From Lama glama (Eukaryota), in assembly GCA_028534125.1 (NCBI GenBank), contig CM052845.1:24118001-24182000 (forward strand): a DNA stretch of 64,000 bases, given 5' to 3'. Both the position numbers and the translations under genes were made by a program. The notes below the pieces were generated by a model. That model did not search any database and was not told the DNA's origin. It saw only the letters and a program-made list of their open reading frames with translations. Position 1 is the first letter of the stretch. Each line of letters starts with the position of its first letter. Of the stretch, positions 25,701-37,700 are shown piece by piece.

Positions 25701-28700
25701 AAGAGCCACGGTCAGTGAGGCGTGAGCCCTCGAGAGAGAACAGCTGCTTGTCGGACGAAGTGCCCATCTTGGTTATTAAACTTTTTGAGAATGTGCGACC
25801 CTGGGGTGTTGAATTGGGTTATGAAGGGAACTCTAGCCCGGCGTCGCACCCCAAGCCCTCGAGCCTGGGCCAGTGGCCGGGAGGGTGTGCTCTTCCTGCA
25901 CTCTGTGTAATCCGACAGCTGAAGGTCCGTCGGACACAAACGTCACTTGGATTAAACGGCCACAGTAAACCCCACACGGGCAATGGAAATTCCTGCAAGT
26001 TACAATACTAGCTGACCCTTGTCTTCAACCAGCTGTTGACAAGGCGGGAAGCCGGGAGCGTAAGATGAGGCCAGCCTGTCCCCTCAGGCCCCTCCCAGAG
26101 CCGCACACGGGGTGAAGGGCCCCACCCAGGGTGCAGCCCTGCCTCCGGTGACCCAGGCTCACTTACTGGGATTCTTTATCTCATTGCTCAGCGCCATCAG
26201 ACGGTCCAGCTCTAGAATTAAGGACAAGATAATCACTCATTTTGACCTGTAGGTTCAGAAGTTTCTCAACAGCAAAGCTAGACAAAGCAGAGACTTGACA
26301 TCACCGAGGTTTAATTTGAGGCTGTGAGAGAACTGTGAGCTGGGAGTGGGACGGAGAGGAGGAGTAACTAGCTCCGAACACTCCCTCCAGTCTGTTAGCG
26401 GCAGACCCCACTCAGATCCTCACCATTTAAATACCCGGCTTACTAACGGGATGGGTTAGGACGGGTCAGGGCAGAGGCCTGGAGGTGCGGGGGCTGGGGC
26501 GGGGTGGTACATCCCCTCAGAGAGGAGGTGGAAGGAGATCCCTCCCAGACCCTCGCATTCCGCACGAACTGCTTCCTAAAGTGGGTCTGGCTGGCGAGAA
26601 CGTGGGTGGTCTCTGCTTTGCCTTCTCCTTTCAGTGTCCTGCTCGGATCCCTCTCACCCACCCAGAATGTCCCGTGGTGCATTACGTGGGGAAGAACCAA
26701 AACCGAACAAAGCATTGCTCCTGAGAGTCCCAAGAGCAAGTTAAGAAAAACCGAAGGTTCATTTCTTCCCTTCTCTTTCCTTCCCTCTTAAAGTTAGAAC
26801 TGAGAAATGAGACTGTGGTCACGAAGGTCTGTAGCTCCTGTTCATCTGAACTGAACAACGAAGCCAACCTCCCGTGACCGACAGTAACTGGACCTGGTCT
26901 CATCTGACAGAGAGGACCGACTCTCCCAACTCCGTCTCACGGAAGGAACCCCCAGAAATTGAACCAGCTTAAGCTGCAGCATCAGGGTTTTGCCCAAAAT
27001 ATATCTGAGGGCCACAAACAGTACAAAATGCACCAGAAATGCTCATCCTTCGCAAGTATTTAAAATTAAGGTTGAAAATGTCATCTGCAAACTTCCAAAG
27101 GGTGCCGAGGTGTACATCACTTTCAGAATCTTTAAGGATGGTTTGTGCTTAAAAAGCTGTTTGAAGACCACTGAGTTGGGGTTCCAAAGGGGAGCTTAAG
27201 GAGATGTGAGTGGATTCTGGCCCGTTCCTGCCTGACTGTGAGCAGGGAGCTTCCTGGCTCCGTGATGCTCCCCGCTGTGCTCCGGCTGGTCCTGCAGCAG
27301 CTCACCTGGTTCACCCAGCGTCCACGCGGGACCTGTGGACGCCTGCAGCCAGCCGTCAGCTGAGCTCTCCTCCCCCGACCCCCTCGGCTCCCTGAATCCC
27401 GTCCTGGGACCACACCCTTAGCTGCCTGCCAACCAAGATGCCTGCTGGTAAGGGACGGATTTTCTTATCAAGCTTGAGGCATTTTGACTGAGGACTGTCG
27501 GAGACTCAGAAGCTTTCAAAGACCCAACAAACCGTGTAGATCTGAGGATTCTGTCCAGTGCTACCTAGCTCACTCCAGATCACTAACTGATCATCTTACA
27601 AACTCGTAAAGCTGGCTCTGACCCACAGGTGGAGCTGACAAGAGTTGGACAGAAATGTGTCATCTCCAAAGTAATTTTGGGCTTTTGTTAAGATTCGCCG
27701 CCCCCAACTCCCACAAACACACACCCTCTTCCTGAGCAACTAAGGCTCCCCTCGTTAGCATTCACCCTCGGAAGTGTTATAAAACCAAAAGGCAAGCCGG
27801 TCCCTCTGGCGTTACCTTCTTCATCCAAGACAAGGCTGGAGGACACGCCGTCCGTGTCGCTCACGGACACAGAGTAAGTGCCTATGTCCGATTTATCCGG
27901 GTTCTTAAAGTACAGCTTTGAGCTGAAAGGGAAGAAGAGCCAGGGACGTTCATCACGGGGTCTGCAGGAGCTCGTACGAGGGCGTGCCGGCCGGCGTCAG
28001 CGGGAACTTACTGGTCCCCCACGGTCTCCACCCTGAACCGCTCGTCGCCCGCGATGTCCTCATAGGACTTGCACCAGGTGAAGTGCGAGGCATCCGTCAT
28101 CTCCTGGCAGTCGAAGCTCAGGTAGATGTTCCCCTCCTCGTCCACGCCCGCGCTCACCTCCTTGGTGCCTGCAGAGCGACAAGGCCGGAGCGTGCCTTAG
28201 GAACACGCTGTCCTGCAGGTGCCATTTTTGGAGAGGCGGCGGCACCGGCAGAGAGCTCGTTTTACGCCGAGTCATCAGTTTCTGCTGTCCGTCCGCACAG
28301 GACGTCGGACAAGTGTGAAGGGGCGAGTCCTCCCCGGGCCGGTGCAGGGCGGGGCCGTTCGGGGTTTGGTTTTGCTTTAAGACGGCATGTTTCTGACCAT
28401 CTCCTTTTATGGAAAAAACTCTCTGGGCTGCAGATCCGCCCATGAGGCTCCTCCTTCTCTGTGAGACGTGACCCCTTGCCCGCTCCCGGGGCCCAGGCAG
28501 GGTGGTCACAGCACGTGTCTCACCCACCCGCCTCCACTCTCTCCACTTTGTCCTTGGGGGCGGGGAGGACGAGGGCTTGTCGGTTTGTTTGTGACTTTTT
28601 GACCCAGTGGACACCTGGCCCAACACAGGCCAGTCAGCATCTGTCCCTGGGGAATCTGGAATTGGAGGAGACGCCAGCCTGGGGCCAGGTACACAGTCTC

Positions 28701-31700
28701 CGTACCAGGAAGCCGGAGGAGTGGGGAGCCCGGTACAGAGCGAAACGGAGCAGTCTCCAGGGAAAACGTGGCTGCCGGTTCGTCGCCTTCTGGAGCCAGG
28801 GACCCACCTCCGCACGCATCCTGCGGGCTCACCTCCCGCCCCGAGAAGCAGCTCCCCGGCGGGTCCCCTCAGCCGGGCTCTGACCACTTGCAGCCAAGAA
28901 AACTGCCAACGGCTTGATCATTTCTGATCAAAGCTCCACAGTGACATGAAAGACCATTGTCACCCCTGCGTGTGGCTCCACCCCTGCCACCCCCACAGAA
29001 TGACCTCGTGGCCCCATCGCCGTCCCCCCAAACCTCCGCTGTGGTGAGGCTCTGGCCCCTGAGCAGCCGAGCAGGCAAGGCTCACCTGGCCTGGCCTCCA
29101 CCAGCACCGGCTCAGACGTGTCCGAGGGCCGCCCCACGCCACTGGCGTTCACCGCCCGGACGCGGAAGACGTAGGTTTTCCCTTGGTGCAGGTCACAGAC
29201 CTGGAAAGACAGACGAGACGTCACTCGTGAACAGAGCAACGAAAATGCTTTCATCACTTGTCACTTCACTGAAAACATCTGTCTTTTTAAAAATAACACG
29301 TGCTTCCCACTGGAGCAGCCACGCAGAGGATGCTGGAGAGCAGCCGGGAAGAGAGCCCCACGGGCAGCGCCACCGTCCTCTGCAAGAAAAAGCGGGGACG
29401 CTCCCGTTCTGATGTGTCCTTTTTTCCTTTTCTTGGCATATCTTAAAGCAGAATGGAAATCGTACCATCTAGTTTGTAATCGGGCGTTGCTGTGGCCCAT
29501 AATTCTGTGGGACTAAAACCCACTGTACACGTGATTTTTAACTGTGCCGAGCACCCCCCGGGGGCACACCCTTGCACGTGTGTAGATGGCGTACACTGAA
29601 GGCGGCACGGGCAGCCACCAGTAAGGTAAGTACGAGCTGCTTTCTAACTAACTCATTCAGGTGGATTCGCAGCCGGTTTTGTTCGCTCAGAAGGCACCGA
29701 TCTTGTTTCATGCCGTCAAACCTTCCCCAGGTCTGCGCCCATTTGCCCCCTCCCCACGCGCAGCCCTGCACCCGCTCAGATGTGGCCCCTCTAAGCCACA
29801 CCCCAGAGCCCACACTCTAGAGAAGAAAGCCCCGGACCAGGGCAGCGGGGTCTCCAGGTCTGAGGCCGCTGTCACAGCTGACCCCGCGATGGGTGCGCTG
29901 CAGGTGCTAAAAATGGAGATGCCGGCGGGAAAGAGGATAGAGAAGTGCACACGTCGTAGTTCTGTCAGCCGTATTCACACCACGTGACCGTGTGTGCTTC
30001 TCAGATAGACTCCACCAGCGACCACGTGAATTAAGGAAATTAAATGGGGGCTGGGGGTGGCGAGATGGAGGCCAGGTGTCACTGTGGGCTGCCCGTGAAC
30101 ACAGCCTGTGACCAGAGCGGGGGGGTCAGGCTGCGGGAGGGAGGGAACAGGCCCGTCCAGGTGGCCCCCACAGCCCCACTCCACGCGTCTGCAGAGACAT
30201 GGACACCTCCTTGAACCGCCCTGCTTCGCAGCAGGGATCCCCAGGCCACGTGCACAGCGTGCTGGGGGTTTCGAGCTGGTCACCTACAGGAATGAAACGC
30301 GTTCCCCCAGAAGGCAACACCGTCACCTTTAAGTAACGGTTGGTGGTGGCGGCCTCATTGACGGTGATCCACTCTCCGGAATCCTCTTCCTTATAGTCCA
30401 CGAAATACCCAGAAATGGGACTGCTGCCGGAGTACACCGGGGCTTTCCAGAGCATGACCAGGGACGTGTCCCGGACCTCACAGAACGTCAGGTCGTAGGC
30501 AGGCCCTGAAAAGCAGAGCCGAGTCTGTGACGGGCGCCACCACTGGACACCTCCTTACGGACACATGGTCGCTGTCACTGCTCCTTGAAGCTACACAGTG
30601 CCTTCCCGAGAAAGCTGGTGGGAGCGGTGCTGAGCGTGGTGCTGGGGCTGAGGGAAAGCCAGGCTCACGGCCCCTGCAGCCTCATCACTCAGGCACCCTG
30701 TTTTGTTTTGCTCAGAACATGAGAATGTCCTCCATTGTCGTGGGGACCCGAAGGGACTGGACACGGAGACATTGAGGCCCAGCCCTTGTGAAGGCAGGTC
30801 TGAAATGTGGAGCCCTGAGTAAACACACATTTGTGAGAACGGTGATGCGGTTTAGAGCCAGGGGCCCAGGCTCTGGGAGGAGGAGGCCTGAGCTAACACA
30901 CAAGCGGGACCAGCGTCCTGCGGTCCCCACTTGGGCCCGGCTCGCCCCTCCTCCTGGGAGCTGGCCTCCCTCTGCCCCTTTGGGAGACGTGAGCCTGGAC
31001 CAGGTCCACGCTGGGCCCACCTCCAGCTGCAGCATCCTTGCCCTGGGGGAGCCGGGCTCATTCTGCAGCCGGGAGCGGGGTCCCCGCCTCTCACCTCAGT
31101 GCTAATTACTCCACATGTGTCACCCCCAGCCTGCTGTCCACGCCCAGCCCAACGCCCAGCTCTGCCCAGAGCCCGGCACACGGTGGTGACACTGGAATCC
31201 ACCCACAGTGACCAAGGCCTGCTGCCTGCAGAGGCCACGTCCCGGGCCCGCCCTGCGCATGCCCGCGTGGCTCGTGGGAGTGTGTCGGGGGAGCATCTTA
31301 CCAGGCTGCGGCGCCGTCCAGGCCTCACACTTGAAGGGCTCGCTGGGGTCTGACGGCTCCCCGATCCCCACCAGGTTGGCGGCAGCAATTTTAAACTCGT
31401 AGGTTGAGCCTTCGGTCAAGCCCTCCACCTATTTAAATTGTGTTTCAATTAATCAGGGAGACAAACACTGGGTTACAATCTGTCGGGGGGAGGGAGAGTT
31501 CACGGTGACTCACAGCAGGGACATGAGGGCGCGGCCTCGTCACCGCGTCCACTATGGAGCTGGGAGGGTTATTTCTGTGGCTGATGCTGCGTTAAACCTG
31601 ACAGGGTACCTCCTTCGCCCCATAAGCCCCCTGCAGGGACGACTCGAGGCCCCCCTTCGGGCAGGTGGGGAGTCTGGGGCTCAGAGAGACGAAAGCCACA

Positions 31701-34700
31701 GGGACCCAGCGGAAGAGCAGCGAGGGTTCCTGCCCTGATGCCCAGGCTCCTCCCTGGAGGCTCGCCACCTGGGGTGCTGGGGACCGGGGACGTGAGGCAT
31801 CCTCGCTGGGCAGTGGCCAGGCCGTATGAGCAGTCCCCTCCCTGCACACGTTGGCTGGAGGTCCATTCGGGGCCCCTCTGCCTGGTCCGTGCCACACAAG
31901 ACAGAAGGAAGGCTTCTGACCAGAACCATCAGCCAGCCCTGTCCTGCAGCCCGGCCAGTGGCGCGAACACAGCGTCTAATGACATCGTCTCCGACAAACA
32001 GCTCCCAAAGCAAGCATGTCTGAAGTCAAAGCGCTTTGTCCGCTGGAAGGCGGCCTGTCCCTCTCGTGGGAGGAGCCAGCACTCGGGGCCCGGGGGCGCA
32101 TTTCCTCAGGAGTTTGGGACCGGCAGAGTCGTAACGTGTCGGAGGTTAACCATGGCCCACACATCAGTGACGTCACACCACACCTGAACTTGGACAGCAC
32201 GTGTCGTGCACGTATAAAACGCATGGTACATACGGTACATAAATACGTGTTTTAACCTAGAATCTTCTACAAGATGGAGACCAGACTCCTAACTGTCTCC
32301 CCTACGAAACAACAACCCTCATTTTACAGCCGCGCCAGTGAAGCTGATCGCCGTGTGGTGCCGGTGTTGGTGTGAGCTGCCAGCACCCAGGAGCCGCGCT
32401 GAACACACGAGAGGCCCGGCGCGGTGGAGGCGAGAGCGGCTGGCCGCGGGCGGCCGAGGGCTTGTGGGGGCTTGACCCCAGATCCTTGTTTCTACTCCCG
32501 CCACCCGGACAAGCTGCACCCGGGCAGGGACTCAATGGGAGCCTGGACCCTGCCTCCCGTGGAGCCCACGCTCTGCGCCCGCGCATCCTGCCGGGGACGA
32601 ATCCCCTCCCGGCGCTGGGGGCCTGGGCGCCGCTCGGCACCTGGCAATGCGCCCGCCCGCCTGGCCCTCCTGCCCCTTCGCTTCTCAGAGAGAGGATGCT
32701 TTCTGAGAGCTCCAGTCCCCGTGATGCCCCGGCTTTAAGAATCCGTTTCTGTTTCTGTATCAGACGCTCTAATGGCATCAAACTCAGAAACACTCAATGG
32801 AGGACTCTGCCCCAAACCCGAAACCACCCGACGAGAAGGAATGAGTCCGCGAACACCCACCGTCAGGATCCTCTCCTTGAGAGGCAGAGAGTTGACCTCG
32901 TGCCAGTTTGTGTGGTGAGCCTCGCGCTTGTCGATGTAGTAACCGAGGATGGGGGAGCCGCCGCTGAATTTCGGCACTTTCCAGCCGAGGGTCATGGCGT
33001 GGCCGTCACAGTTCAGAAGCGTGATCCCGTACGGATAGGACGGGACAGCTGCAGAAAACACAGCGGAAAGGCACCGAGACCTCAGCCCGGGGTTCTCTGA
33101 CCTCCAGGGCCGGCTCCAGCGTCGGAGGAGCGGACGGCCCCTGGGAGACGGCCCCGGGCCCCAGACCGCCTCGCCTGTCCCTGCCCACCGCTCACCACCG
33201 CCCCTTGGTTTTCTCTCTTCTCTTGAAGAAAGTATTTTTTTGAATTTCTTCTGTATATATTTATTGCAATTTCTAAACACACCTTCCAGTACATACACAC
33301 ACACACACACACGCACCTCCTCTAATATCTCAATAACACAAGGGCAACGGATTACCTAAATCTGACCTGGACGTTTGAAAGCACAGACGCCCCATCCTCT
33401 ACGGAAGCCCTTGAGAAGGAGCTTCTCATCCCGCCCATGAGGAACGACAGCCCCACCTCCCGTGACCAGTGGTGACCAGTGGTGACCAGTGCATTTAGGC
33501 CCGTGAGTCCTCATTTCCTCCATAGGTACAGAAACCAGATTAATTCAAAAGGGGATGAATTCACGTTTCTTTTCCAAACACCTAATTTGGAAATGGACTG
33601 CCTTTTCCTAGTGGGTTGTAAACGATGTGTCTGCCTCCCCTGGACCCTGAGTAGCCTGCACGCGTCACCCTCCGGTACCTGACACACAGGTGACCGCGAA
33701 CGAGCAGTTCTCACCACAGAACTAAACGCCAGTGATCGGTTTTCTTTAGTAAGAATGACGAACAGTAATGTCTGAAAGTCCTTCCTGGGAAAACCGATCG
33801 ATTAGCGTAACGACCTTAAAACAGAGCAACCGCTGAGGCTTCGCCAGGCTGCCCACCCGAGGCTTGTCAGCTCTGACTCCCTGGGAGCCCCAGAACAGCG
33901 CTTCCCTTTGCGTTAGAGGAGAAGTCGTGATTTCCAGAGACGCTTTTAGATTTTGGAGACAAAAATAACTAGACAGCAGAACATTTCTGCCAGGAGTGAA
34001 AAGATGACACTGCAATTCAAAACACGTGTCTGAGACGGTCATGTTTCAGGATGTTCCTGAAGGCGTTCAGGCCGTGGGGGCGTTTTATATGAAGTAGTCA
34101 GAGCATCAGTTGTAAAACCCAGAGCCGTACAGATTAAGCTGTCCAGGGCCTGTCCTGGGAACTTGGAACCCAAACTGCTCAGGAATTCAAACTTCAAATA
34201 ACTTTTGAAGACCACTGTTAATGAACTAAGCCACATAAACATTTGAAATTCTCTGGAATTTCTTAAAGTCCCTTGAACTAGGAACAGCTAGAAAGGCCAC
34301 GATGTTCCATGTCAGCATCCGTTCTTAAAAGAGGCAGTCGTGCCCTCCAGCACTCGCTTTACCGTGGGCACGCGCGCTTGGCAACAAGCGTGACCCCCAG
34401 TAATATTTTCTGGGTTTAACTTGCATTTGATTCGCATGTGATCGTTTCTCCCTCCCTCACTGGCACTTCCCAGACGAGCGGCCAACGGATGGGAGGTTTG
34501 CACAGAAGCGCACGTTCCCTGATCAACAGTTTACGTCCACTTTCCCCCGGCGACATTCCAAGCGGCACCATAAGTGTTTCCTCATGCAGAAGTTGCAGGG
34601 TAGCGGAGAACCCGAACCCGGCGCGGAGCCGCCCGGCAGCTACTCACTGAGGGCGGCCTGGACCTTTATGACGTCTGACTCCTGCGAATTCTCACTTGTC

Positions 34701-37700
34701 CCGACCGCGTTGACAGCCTTCACACGGAAGATGTACTGCTCGCCAGTGGTCAGGCCGTGCACCACGAACCTGCGGGAGACACGCACCGGAGGCATGACTG
34801 CGAGGCTCGGCCTCTGCCCTCCTACCACAGAAGCAGGGGTCATCTCCAGCACGCCATGAAAGCGTTTGCACCGGGGCTAAGAGGACGCTGTCCTCCTCGG
34901 GTGCCTCAGAGACGCGTAACATACGTCATTTTTATTTTCAGTTTTAGTTCATTAATTGCAATCAACACACCGTGTCCAAAAGTAAGGCAGCAACAGGGTG
35001 ACACCAGGCACTGGAGGGAGCCAGACTCAGAGAGGAGGGCCACCGGCTGCTGGACCAGGGCCGAGGGGCAGGGAGCCAAGCCTGGGGGATCCCGAGTGGG
35101 ACACGCGATGTGGAAGCCCCTCGCTCTGGGGCTCCCCCTCCAATTCTGAACCTGCCAGGTTTCCTGGGATCAAAGTTCCGTTACAAAGTGAGATTCCACT
35201 CCTTACCTAAAAGAACCCACGCACGTAAAACTTAGTGAGTGTTACACTGCAGTGGCCAAAGGCTGACTCTGAAGGCAGGACAGGCTTGGAGACCAGCCTG
35301 GACACCTAAGAGATTCTGTGCCCTCAGTCAAGCTGCCTGACCTCTGACAGACTCCGTCCTTCCGTCTGTAAAATGGGATCATAGTACCTACTTCTCAGCA
35401 CAGCTGCCTCCCAGGTGGCAAGTTCTCAGTAAGCGCGAGCAGAGGTTATGTAAGTCTTTAGCCATTTACGAGTTCCTGCACTAGGATGGTATTTTAAGCG
35501 TTTTGCTCTGACAGCTGCTCCTGCCTCTGCTGCCGAGGGCTGTGAATAACCGCTGACTGCTGTTCTCCTCCGTCACCTCGCTGCTTTTCCAGCCACAGCT
35601 TTTCCCGTTTTTTTTTTTTTTAATAAGCGTGAAGAGGGAAAGGCGCCTGAACCATAACTGATAACCTTCCACGGTGGAGAACCTGACAGCTGCTCTGCTG
35701 TCCTCAGGGCGCATCCTGGAGAAAGGCTAACAGACCCGGGCCATCCCTGCGCCCCCGGCGTGGGATGGGGCAAATCCACGCCGGGAGGAAAGACGCCCGC
35801 CCCCACCGCACACGGAACCGCTCCCCAGCTCCGTGCAGCTGGACAGGACTGTCCACCAGGTCAACAAGGCAATGTAAAAAGTTCGAAAAATCAAGACAGA
35901 AAAATGAAACACCCTTCCCGTCTCGGTGGCCTCCCCTGTTCAGCGTAAGCCTTAAATGCTAACTGTCAGGACTGGTGTGGCTGAGCTGCCCCTCCCATCA
36001 ACAGCCAGGCCACTTCAGCCCAGGGGCAGGACCTGGCCGGTCGGTCCGCTTTAATCCCGGCGCCCCTGGGGTGCGGGTGAGGAAACAGACTCGGGGCGCG
36101 ACGCCACGGGTGTCCCCGCCCTGGCCCGTGCACCCGCTTCTCGGCCGGCACTCCAGGCAAGGCCGCCGGCCTCGGGAAGGCGGGGAGGGGCCGGGGGCAG
36201 CACCTGTTGTAGCCGATGGGCTTGTGGTTACAAGGCTCCCAGACTTTGGACCCGGCCACGCAGCAGTCCACGTAGTAGCCCAGCAGGTCCTCCTCGTGCT
36301 TGGGCCTGTCCCACTGCACCACGACCGACGTCTTGGTGTTTCGCGAAGCCAGGACGCGGCCGGGGGCCGAGGGGACCGCTGGGCAGAGGAGACAGTGACA
36401 CGGTAAGTTTGGGGGCACACAGACACCCGCAGGCCCTCTTGTCCACAGGGTTCAGGGCTTTAGATGAGATTTGGACAAAGGAGGGCGGCACAGGGAAGTG
36501 GGGGCGGTGCTGAGAGCCAGAGGGTACACAGGAGGTGCTGGACGGTCCCCGGTCCCCTCTGTCCCCCAGGCCCCAGCCTGGCCCCCACAGAAAGGAATTC
36601 CGCTCCCAGAAGCCCTGCACCTGCCCTGGAACCGTCGCCGAGGATCCTCCAGTGACACCCATGCTCTGCTACCTGGGAAGTGACAATCTGGGATGTAAAG
36701 TGACCCATTTTAAGAGCATAGGTGCTTATCAGATTCGAGGGACTCTGCAGGGGACTCAAAATCAAACCTGGGGGGAGGGCGCAGCTCAGCGCTAGAGCGC
36801 GTGCTCCGCATACACGAGGTCCTGGGGTCAATCCCCAGCACCTCTGTGAGAAAAAAATTGCCTCCCCACCAAAAAAAAAAATCAAACCAAGATTTGACGC
36901 TGGGTTCCCCCCCATGCGATTCCGAATCTCTGCTGTCCGTGTTTGACGTCTTCAGGGAGGGAGCGCCAAGCCACACGGGCCGGAAACCCGAGTGCGTTTA
37001 GGTGAGGCCGTTTTTTTTAAGTAGTCGTTTCAGAATATTTCTAACCCGTTTATTAGTTTCATGCAAAGAAGACAGGACTCTGGAGAAGTGCTGACAACGG
37101 ACCAAAGCGGCAGGGAGACCATCCTCTCATAAAGGCACTTAGAGGCGTGGATTTTGGCGCACGTGCGACAGCGGGTCTCTATGGACGTGGGCGAAGCCGT
37201 CCCACAGCCTGGCCTCCCGCCAGGACGACTCACCGATGGTGTCCTGGGCCTGAACGGGGGCAGTGATTTCCGACGGGTCGCTCAGACCGTGCTTGTTTGC
37301 CGACAAAACTCGGAACACATAGGATTTCCCGTCGGCGAGATCGAAGACGGCGTACCGGGGGGACCTGACGGCCGTCTGGGCGTTCACCCGCTGCCAGCTC
37401 CCGCTCCCCACGACGGACTGCAAGAGACGGGCTTGGTGATGGGGGCTCCCCGCGTGCAGGCCGCCAGCTCACCGCACACTCCCCTGAAGCTGACAGCGCC
37501 AGATGCCAGCGACACCCAGTGAGACGCTTCCGGGAGCCCGCGCGTGTGTGCTGGCGCCTGCTCTCCCCGGCGCGGCAGTGGACAGGGAGCCTCCCCTCAA
37601 GAGGGCCGAGACGCCACTGCTGCACCTGGCTAACCACCCGGACTCTCGTAACGCAGACACCGCAAGTTAGTTAGTGAGACGGTAACACAAGCGAGCCTCG

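Noticed and set aside
33049-34647. Search for an EH-segment-like alternative exon between Mp6 and Mp7 (as in MYOM1)
   Set aside because: I found no minus-strand phase 1-1 open exon with convincing splice sites or Ser/Pro-rich composition
36770-36845. tRNA-like sequence
   Set aside because: It has a poly(A) tail and TSD and degenerate A/B boxes, so it is a SINE rather than a tRNA gene
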